A stretch of DNA of 61,700 nucleotides, counting the filler. It is 7 parts of 7 records of this genome, joined end to end, with 100 filler letters (N's around TTAATTAATTAA, not from the genome) between each part and the next. Parts side by side here need not be neighbours in the genome. Positions count along the whole stretch, not along the records: positions 1 to 8,735 come from SRR20825010_5585; 6 more parts are not named here. One strand, 5' to 3'. A model generated the notes under the pieces. The model saw nothing but the letters and a program-made list of their open reading frames with translations. It was not told where the DNA came from and did no database searches. The position numbers and the translations under genes were made by a program. Position 1 is the first letter of the stretch, and every line of letters starts with the position of its first letter. Below are positions 1 to 6,399 of this stretch, piece after piece.

Positions 1-414
1 GAGTATATGTTGTCCGACCTTCAAAAAAGTTTGAACTCCAATGAAATGGCACGAAGAAAGTTCCGTGATATTGCCGTCATCAGTGGAATGGTTTTTACGG
101 GCTATCCCGAGAAAGGAGTCAAAATGAAGCATCTGCAAAGCAGTTCGGAATTGCTGTTTGATGTGTTCCGTGATTTTGAAGATGATAATCTGCTCTATCA
201 GCAAGCCTATAGCGAAACTTTTGAGCATCAATTGGAAGAAGGTCGACTACGATTGGCCTTGGAGCGAATTGCACAACAAGATATAGTTTGGAAACAATGC
301 TCCCAACCTACGCCTCTCTCCTTCCCAATTATTACGGATAGGCTACGCGAAAAACTATCCAACGAAAAATTGGCGGACCGCATCCAACGGATGGTGAGTA
401 AACTAACCAAATGA
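1..414 (+). CDS. Ligase-associated DNA damage response DEXH-box (Lhr-like) helicase, C-terminal fragment
   Basis: EMARRKFRDIAVISGMVFTGYP...LLYQQAYSE...PTPLSFPI resembles the C-terminus of Lhr-core helicases; lies directly upstream of a PdeM-type gene; 5'-truncated by the window edge. Confidence 0.85.
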   Translation, partial: EYMLSDLQKSLNSNEMARRKFRDIAVISGMVFTGYPEKGVKMKHLQSSSELLFDVFRDFEDDNLLYQQAYSETFEHQLEEGRLRLALERIAQQDIVWKQCSQPTPLSFPIITDRLREKLSNEKLADRIQRMVSKLTK

Positions 415-434
415 CCAACAAACATCCAAGCACC

Positions 435-501
435 TGTCATTACGTGCCCCGACACGGAATCTCTCTCATCCGAGTGATACTGGAACAAGTTCAGCATAAC
501 G
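435..501. repeat. REP-like composite palindrome (copy 1 of the pair flanking pdeM)
   Basis: TGTCATTACGTGCCCCGACACGGAATC..ATCCGAGT..GATACTGGAACAAGTTCAGCATAACG; aligns by eye with 1317-1380. Confidence 0.85.
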
Positions 502-509
502 CGAGAAGG

Positions 510-617
510 TGTCATTTCGAAATGAGGAGGGCAACGACGATTGAGAAATCCCATTCATTCCAAAACACATTGAAAAAAAAGATTTCTCACGCTCCCGCTG
601 GTCGGTTCGAAATGACA
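510..617. repeat. REP-like inverted doublet
   Basis: Outer ends TGTCATTTCGAA / TTCGAAATGACA and inner ends TGAGAAATC / GATTTCTCA are reverse complements; related units at 4877-4952 and 6302-6328. Confidence 0.9.
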
Positions 618-624
618 ATTGAAC

Positions 625-632
625 TAAATTTG
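625..632 (+). promoter_or_regulatory. Bacteroidota -7 promoter element for pdeM
   Basis: TAAATTTG fits TAnnTTTG, 15 nt before the ATG at 648. Confidence 0.55.
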
Positions 633-647
633 TAGTATCGAAGGCAA

Positions 648-1280
648 ATGAGACAAAATATTCAAATACATAATCAAGAGTTTCAACTGCACCCTTTGGG
701 TGGATTGTTTTGGGAGGAAAAATCACTCTTACTGATCAGTGATGTACACTTGGGCAAGGTATCCCATTTCAGAAAATTTGGAGCTGCGGTACCAAGAAAG
801 GCCATTCACAAAAACTTTCTGCTTTTGGATAAACTCGTTTCGGATTTTCAGCCTTTTCAAATCTGCTTTTTGGGCGATCTGTTCCATTCATCGCTCAACA
901 AAGAATGGGAATTGTTTGAGAATTGGGTAGGCAAAACACCTTCCGAAATCCTTTTGGTGGCAGGCAACCACGACATTATTGCCCCCGAAAAGTTCAAACA
1001 ACTTAAGATTTCAATATTTCCAGAGTTGGTTATTGACTCTTTTTTATTGACCCATCATCCCGAAGAACGTGAGGGCTATTTTACGTTTTGCGGCCATATT
1101 CATCCTTCCATTAAACTCAAAGGTTTTGGAAGGGAACACATCAAATTGCCCTGCTTTTTTAAATCCAACAATCAAATGATTCTCCCAGCTTTCGGTCAAT
1201 TCACGGGCACCCATTCCCTTGACCCTAAAGATTCGGATGAAGTTTTTGCCATTGTTGAGGATAGTATTATTAAGGTTTAG
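648..1280 (+). CDS. pdeM: Ligase-associated DNA damage response metallophosphoesterase/endonuclease PdeM
   Basis: Calcineurin-like motifs SDVHLGK, LGDLFH, GNHD, THHP, GHIHP and LPAFG; follows the Lhr-like helicase. Confidence 0.9.
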   Translation: MRQNIQIHNQEFQLHPLGGLFWEEKSLLLISDVHLGKVSHFRKFGAAVPRKAIHKNFLLLDKLVSDFQPFQICFLGDLFHSSLNKEWELFENWVGKTPSEILLVAGNHDIIAPEKFKQLKISIFPELVIDSFLLTHHPEEREGYFTFCGHIHPSIKLKGFGREHIKLPCFFKSNNQMILPAFGQFTGTHSLDPKDSDEVFAIVEDSIIKV

Positions 1281-1305
1281 ATTCTTCGCTCTCCTCAGAG
1301 TGACA
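1279..1305. repeat. REP-like unit overlapping the pdeM stop codon
   Basis: AGATTCTTCGCTCTCCTCAGAGTGACA, similar to 6271-6297 AGATTCTTCGCGGCGCTCAGAATGACA. Confidence 0.8.
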
Positions 1306-1316
1306 TAAGTAAAGAC

Positions 1317-1380
1317 TGTTATTCCGTGCTTGACACGGAATCGTATCCGAGTGAGACGCTGAAACAAGTTCAGCGTGACG
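1317..1380. repeat. REP-like composite palindrome (copy 2)
   Basis: Hairpin ATTCCGTG-CTTGA-CACGGAAT, then ACGCTGAA-ACAAG-TTCAGCGT ending in GACG; same ATCCGAGT spacer as 435-501. Confidence 0.9.
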
Positions 1381-1424
1381 ATAAGAAACTCAAAAAAACA
1401 TTTTTAGTACAAGTTTTCGCGGTT

Positions 1425-1432
1425 TATCTTTG
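1425..1432 (+). promoter_or_regulatory. Bacteroidota -7 promoter element for mfd
   Basis: TATCTTTG followed by C, 17 nt before the TTG start. Confidence 0.65.
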
Positions 1433-1449
1433 CCGCAAAGTTTTTTGGA

Positions 1450-4400
1450 TTGACCAAAACCCTAATTCCCAAATTATTTGAACAGTCTCCCCAACTCGGG
1501 AAACTGAGGGAGATTATTGCCCAACCTCTCGACTCCGCTCGAAGTGATAGTCAAAAAATAAGCCTTAAAGGGCTTGTAGGTTCATCCCTTTCATTTGTGA
1601 TTTCAGAAACTTTCAAGTCTGCCGAATCACCATTCTTGCTGATTTTGAACGACAAGGAAGAGGCTGCTTATCTTTTGAATGATTTGGAGCAGTTGATTGG
1701 AGAAAAAGATGTGCTTTTTTATCCCGGAAGTTATCGAAGGCCTTATCAAATCGAGGAAACGGACAATGCCAACGTACTTCTGCGTGCCGAGGTATTGAAC
1801 CGCATCAATTCCAGAAAAAAACCGGCGGTAATCGTTACGTATCCCGATGCCCTTTTTGAGAAAGTGGTGACCAGAAAGGAACTGGACAGAAACACCCAAA
1901 AAATTAAATTGGGCGATGAAATCTCGTTGGATTTTTTGAACGAAGTGCTGTTTGAATATCAGTTTAAGCGGGTGGATTTTGTAACCGAACCCGGTGAATT
2001 TTCTGTTCGCGGCGGTATCGTGGATGTTTTCTCCTTCTCGCACGATGAACCTTATCGCATCGAGTTCTTTGGGGATGAAGTGGACAGTATCCGAACTTTT
2101 GATGTGGAAACCCAGCTTTCCACGGACAAGGTGAAGAAAATTACCATTATCCCAAACGTAGAAAATAAGTTTACCGAAGAAATACGGGAAAGCTTCCTAA
2201 AATATATATCCGCCAACACGGTGGTCTTTGCGAAAAACCCTGCGCTGATCTACGATCGCATTGATTCCTTTTTTGAAAAAGCTGAGGAGAGCTTTGCCAA
2301 GTTGAGTCAAGAGATCAAACACGCGAAGCCCAAGGAACTCTTTTTGGATTCAGCTTTGTTGAAAGGGCAGTTGAAGGATTATTTATGTTTTGAGATTGGT
2401 ACTTCGACTCCGCTCAGCAACCAAAATACAGGAGAAATGGTCACTGAGCGAAGTCGAAGTGACATCATTCAATTCAACACCAAACCCCAGCCAGCTTTCA
2501 ACAAAAAGTTTGATTTGCTCATTGAAAATCTTAATGACAATCGGGATGCGGGTTACAGCAACTATATTTTCTGCTCCACCGAGCAACAGGCTAAACGCTT
2601 TCACGACATTTTTAACGAAGTGGATGAAACGGTGCACTACCAGACCATCATTTTTCCGTTGTACCAAGGTTTTGTGGACCAGAACCTAAAGATTGCGTGC
2701 TATACGGACCACCAAATTTTTGAGCGGTACCATAAGTTCCATTTGAAGAATGGCTACGCCAAAAAGCAAGCCATCACGTTGAAGGAACTCAACAAACTGG
2801 AAATCGGCGATTATGTGACCCACATTGATCATGGTATCGGCAAGTTTGGTGGGTTGCAAAAAATTGATGTGGAGGGCAAAAAGCAGGAAGCCATCAAACT
2901 AATTTATGGCGACCGTGATATTCTCTACGTCAGCATCCATTCGCTGCATAAAATTTCCAAATACAACGGCAAGGACGGAGCACCTCCCAAAATATTCAAA
3001 CTGGGTTCCGCAGCTTGGAAAAAACTAAAGCAAAAGACCAAGGCAAGGGTCAAAAAGATTGCTTTCGACCTTATAAAAGTCTATGCCAAACGGCGATTGG
3101 AAAAAGGATTTCAATATGCCCCGGACAGCTATTTACAGTACGAATTGGAAGCCTCTTTCTTATACGAGGATACTCCGGACCAAGAGAAAAGCACTCAGGA
3201 TGTAAAGAAGGATATGGAGAGCGAACGCCCTATGGACCGCTTGATTTGTGGGGATGTTGGTTTTGGGAAAACAGAAGTCGCGATACGGGCTGCGTTTAAA
3301 GCCGTGGACAACGGCAAACAGGTGGCTATTTTAGTTCCCACCACGATTTTGGCTTTTCAGCATCATAGAACATTTTCCGAACGATTGAAAGAAATGCCGG
3401 TAACGGTGGATTACCTCAACCGTTTTAGAACAGCGAAGGAGAAAAGGGAGACCCTAGAGAATTTAGAAAGTGGGAAAGTGGATATCATTATTGGAACGCA
3501 CCAGTTGGTCAACAAAAATGTAAAGTTCAAGGATTTGGGCTTGCTCATTGTGGACGAGGAACAGAAATTCGGGGTTTCCGTAAAAGAAAAACTGCGTTCC
3601 ATCAAAGAAAATGTGGATGTGCTTACACTGACCGCCACACCGATTCCAAGGACGCTACAGTTCAGTTTGATGGCCGCTCGTGACCTTTCCGTCATCAATA
3701 CGCCGCCACCGAACCGGTACCCTATCGAAAGCCACGTGATTCGATTGAATGAGGACATTATCCGTGATGCCGTGTCCTACGAAATCCAACGGGGCGGACA
3801 GGTGTTCTTCATCCATAATCGCATTGAGAACATCAAAGAAGTAGCTGGGATGATTCAGCGTTTGGTGCCCGATGCCAAAATTGGGATTGGACACGGACAA
3901 ATGGAGGGCAAAAAACTGGAAACCTTGATGCTTTCCTTTATGAACGGTGAGTTTGATGTTTTGGTTTCGACCACCATCATTGAAAGTGGTTTGGACGTGA
4001 CCAACGCCAACACCATTTTCATTCACAACGCCAACAATTTCGGTTTGAGCGACCTTCATCAGATGCGCGGACGTGTGGGCCGAAGCAACAAAAAGGCTTT
4101 CTGCTATTTTATCACACCACCTTATGAAGTGATGACCACCGAGGCCCGAAAACGTATCGAAGCCCTCGAACAATTCACAGAGTTGGGCAGTGGTTTCAAC
4201 ATTGCGATGAAGGATTTGGAAATTCGTGGTGCCGGTGACTTGTTGGGAGGAGAGCAGAGTGGATTTATCAACGAGATTGGATTTGAGACCTATCAAAAAA
4301 TACTGTCCGAAGCCATAGAGGAGCTCAAGGAAAACGAGTTCAAGGAATTGTATGATGAAGTTGAGGGCGATAAGGAAAAAGTATATGTAAAAGAGATGCA

Positions 4401-4872
4401 GTTGGACACGGATTTTGAACTGCTCTTCCCCGATGATTACATCAACAATATTACCGAACGCTTAAACCTCTACACCCAATTGAACGATGTAGAGGACGAG
4501 GAAGGCCTACAGAAATTTGAAGCGCAATTGGTGGACCGTTTTGGCGAGTTGCCCGAGCCTGTAGTGGATTTGATGAATTCCGTCCGTGTTAAATGGATCG
4601 CCACTCACATTGGTTTGGAAAAGGTGATCATGAAGAAGGGCAAATTTATCGGTTACTTTATTGCGGACCAGCAATCCAGTTTTTACCAAAGTGCCGTGTT
4701 CACCCAAGTGCTGCAATATGTACAGAGCCATCCCCAACAGGCCAAGCTTAAGGAAAAACAGACCCGAACAGGTTTACGGTTACTGTTGACATTTGACAGA
4801 ATCACTAGTGTGGACAAGGCGTTGAAGGTTTTGGCGCCTTTTACGCCACAAGAACAAAATGTTTCAGCATAG
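1450..4872 (+). CDS. mfd: Transcription-repair coupling factor
   Basis: 1140 aa; UvrB-homology N-terminus, CarD-like RID (GDYVTHIDHGIGKF), GDVGFGKT, DEEQKFG, TATPIPRT, QMRGRVGR and TRG motif DLEIRGAGDLLG. Confidence 0.98.
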   Translation: MTKTLIPKLFEQSPQLGKLREIIAQPLDSARSDSQKISLKGLVGSSLSFVISETFKSAESPFLLILNDKEEAAYLLNDLEQLIGEKDVLFYPGSYRRPYQIEETDNANVLLRAEVLNRINSRKKPAVIVTYPDALFEKVVTRKELDRNTQKIKLGDEISLDFLNEVLFEYQFKRVDFVTEPGEFSVRGGIVDVFSFSHDEPYRIEFFGDEVDSIRTFDVETQLSTDKVKKITIIPNVENKFTEEIRESFLKYISANTVVFAKNPALIYDRIDSFFEKAEESFAKLSQEIKHAKPKELFLDSALLKGQLKDYLCFEIGTSTPLSNQNTGEMVTERSRSDIIQFNTKPQPAFNKKFDLLIENLNDNRDAGYSNYIFCSTEQQAKRFHDIFNEVDETVHYQTIIFPLYQGFVDQNLKIACYTDHQIFERYHKFHLKNGYAKKQAITLKELNKLEIGDYVTHIDHGIGKFGGLQKIDVEGKKQEAIKLIYGDRDILYVSIHSLHKISKYNGKDGAPPKIFKLGSAAWKKLKQKTKARVKKIAFDLIKVYAKRRLEKGFQYAPDSYLQYELEASFLYEDTPDQEKSTQDVKKDMESERPMDRLICGDVGFGKTEVAIRAAFKAVDNGKQVAILVPTTILAFQHHRTFSERLKEMPVTVDYLNRFRTAKEKRETLENLESGKVDIIIGTHQLVNKNVKFKDLGLLIVDEEQKFGVSVKEKLRSIKENVDVLTLTATPIPRTLQFSLMAARDLSVINTPPPNRYPIESHVIRLNEDIIRDAVSYEIQRGGQVFFIHNRIENIKEVAGMIQRLVPDAKIGIGHGQMEGKKLETLMLSFMNGEFDVLVSTTIIESGLDVTNANTIFIHNANNFGLSDLHQMRGRVGRSNKKAFCYFITPPYEVMTTEARKRIEALEQFTELGSGFNIAMKDLEIRGAGDLLGGEQSGFINEIGFETYQKILSEAIEELKENEFKELYDEVEGDKEKVYVKEMQLDTDFELLFPDDYINNITERLNLYTQLNDVEDEEGLQKFEAQLVDRFGELPEPVVDLMNSVRVKWIATHIGLEKVIMKKGKFIGYFIADQQSSFYQSAVFTQVLQYVQSHPQQAKLKEKQTRTGLRLLLTFDRITSVDKALKVLAPFTPQEQNVSA
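1525..1549. repeat. Intragenic REP-like unit in mfd (encodes PLDSARSD)
   Basis: CCTCTCGACTCCGCTCGAAGTGATA; TCGA-CTCCGC-TCGA hairpin sharing the TCGACTCCGCTC core with 2401-2423. Confidence 0.65.
2401..2460. repeat. Intragenic in-frame REP-like doublet in mfd
   Basis: 23-bp inverted arms ACTTCGACTCCGCTCAGCAACCA / TGGTCACTGAGCGAAGTCGAAGT (3 mismatches) with a 14-nt spacer; similar to intergenic units at 4985-5008 and 6344-6367. Confidence 0.85.
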
Positions 4873-4876
4873 GATT

Positions 4877-5033
4877 AGATTTCTCACATCCGTTCGAAAT
4901 GACAAGTAAGCACTCGTAGTCATTTCGACAGAGCGTAGCGACGAGAAATCCCAAGTAGCCAAGATTCCGTGTCATACTTCGACTCATTTCGACTTCGCTC
5001 AATGACCAGCGCTCAGCATCCGCACAGAATGAA
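4877..5033. repeat. REP-like cluster: inverted doublet (4877-4952) plus nested element (4962-5033)
   Basis: GATTTCTC..TTCGAAATGACA / GTCATTTCGA..GAGAAATC doublet, followed by three interleaved palindromic units. Confidence 0.9.
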
Positions 5034-5034
5034 T

Positions 5035-6192
5035 TTAAAAAGCCTCATACACCTGCTTCACAAACTCCCCGATTTTTGAAGGTTCCAGCCAGCGCGTCAC
5101 AATGACCAAACCACTTTTTTGATCCACCACAATAAAGTTGCCTCCAAAACCTGCGGCGTAGAACACATGTTCGGGAACACCATCCCAGTGGCGTCCTCCT
5201 TGTTGGTTCAGCCACCACATATAGCCATAATTCACATTGGGCACAGAAGGCGTAGTGGCTTTTTTGATCCAATCTTCGCTGATGATTTTCTCATTTTCCC
5301 ATATACCATTGTTTAAAAAAAGTGTTCCAAAACGGGCCATATCCTCTGTGGAGATAAAAAGTCCAGCTCCAGAGTGCCCACCACCGGTCACGGATTTCAT
5401 CTGTATCCCATCGACTACGGTCCAAGCATCTTCGTAGCCAAACCAACGCCAAGTTGTGGTCGCCCCGATCTTATCCATCACCTCTTCTTTGAGGACCATG
5501 GGCAGCGGTTTTCTCCACACATGGGTCAACGAATAGGCCAATACGTTTACGCGAACATCGTTGTACTCCATTACCGTACCGGGTTCGTTGAGCTTTCGGA
5601 ATTTCCAATCGTCCAGACCACCTTCACTCGGTGGACGGTCCGCCCAATCCTTACCGCCCCACAATTCCCCTGACCAGTCTGAATTTTGTTGCAATAGGTG
5701 TTCCCAAGTTATTTTGGAGTTGTGCGCACCATCAAAAGTTCCATCCCAAATGTAGTCCCCCACTTTATCCTTGGTATCGTTGATCAAACCTTGGTCTTCG
5801 GCCAGTCCAGCAACAGTGGATAAAAAGCTTTTGGTGACACTGAAAGTCATATCCACACGTTTGGTGTCTCCCCAAGAAGCCAGCAGGTAGCCATTTTTCA
5901 TAATCATACCTGCTGGACCGCCTCGCTTTTTGGTAGGCCCCAGAATTTGATGAAAAGGTTCATGTTTGAAGCCTTCCAATATGGCAATACGCAAATCTCT
6001 GGAACCTGAATATTCATTGGCATTGGCGTATTCTACCGCCTTATCCAAAGCTTCTTGATTCCATTTAAATTGTCCCTTTTCTGCAGCTTTCCACGTTTCG
6101 TAGCGTTGTGGGAAATTGATTTTTTGGGCGTTGACAGTAAAGGTTGTGGTGAACGCAACAAGAAGTGCTGCTGCAACTAGGGTGTTTTTCAT
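5035..6192 (-). CDS. Secreted serine hydrolase, beta-lactamase (class C/NylB-like) family
   Basis: Signal peptide MKNTLVAAALLVA; SxxK motif FSVTKS; MEYND, DMARFG, YGYMWW and AAGFGGN. Start moved to 6192 because the longer ORF runs through repeats. Confidence 0.85.
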   Translation of the reverse strand: MKNTLVAAALLVAFTTTFTVNAQKINFPQRYETWKAAEKGQFKWNQEALDKAVEYANANEYSGSRDLRIAILEGFKHEPFHQILGPTKKRGGPAGMIMKNGYLLASWGDTKRVDMTFSVTKSFLSTVAGLAEDQGLINDTKDKVGDYIWDGTFDGAHNSKITWEHLLQQNSDWSGELWGGKDWADRPPSEGGLDDWKFRKLNEPGTVMEYNDVRVNVLAYSLTHVWRKPLPMVLKEEVMDKIGATTTWRWFGYEDAWTVVDGIQMKSVTGGGHSGAGLFISTEDMARFGTLFLNNGIWENEKIISEDWIKKATTPSVPNVNYGYMWWLNQQGGRHWDGVPEHVFYAAGFGGNFIVVDQKSGLVIVTRWLEPSKIGEFVKQVYEAF

Positions 6193-6270
6193 TTTTGAGG
6201 TTTGGTTTGGACCAGAAAGGTAGTGATTGTTGGGGAATTTAGCCTTTGTCAATTCAAAGGATATTTTTAT

Positions 6271-6393
6271 AGATTCTTCGCGGCGCTCAGAATGACAAAT
6301 CAGATTTCTCACTGCGTTCGAAATGACAATTAGCACTTATGGTCATTTCGACTTCGCTCAATGACCAGCGTTCAGCATCCGTAAAGAATGACA
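6271..6393. repeat. REP-like cluster; 6302-6393 is a shorter direct copy of 4877-5033
   Basis: AGATTTCTCAC..GTTCGAAATGACA..AGCACT..GTCATTTCGACTTCGCTCAATGACCAGCGTTCAGCATCCG..AGAATGACA. Confidence 0.9.
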
Positions 6394-6399
6394 GTACTG

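Noticed and set aside
411-635. 74-aa ORF between the helicase and pdeM, and ORF 6339-6593
   Set aside because: These are translations of repeat DNA or antisense to real genes
4860-4870. TGTTTCAGCAT at the mfd 3' end as a third intragenic repeat remnant
   Set aside because: Only 11 nt match; could be chance
6193-6336. N-terminal extension of the serine hydrolase ORF
   Set aside because: It runs through REP-like units; a clean signal peptide starts at 6192
435-6393. Repeat clusters as a CRISPR array or integron attC sites
   Set aside because: No regular repeat-spacer periodicity, no cas or integrase gene, and no attC core motifs; the units are heterogeneous palindromes
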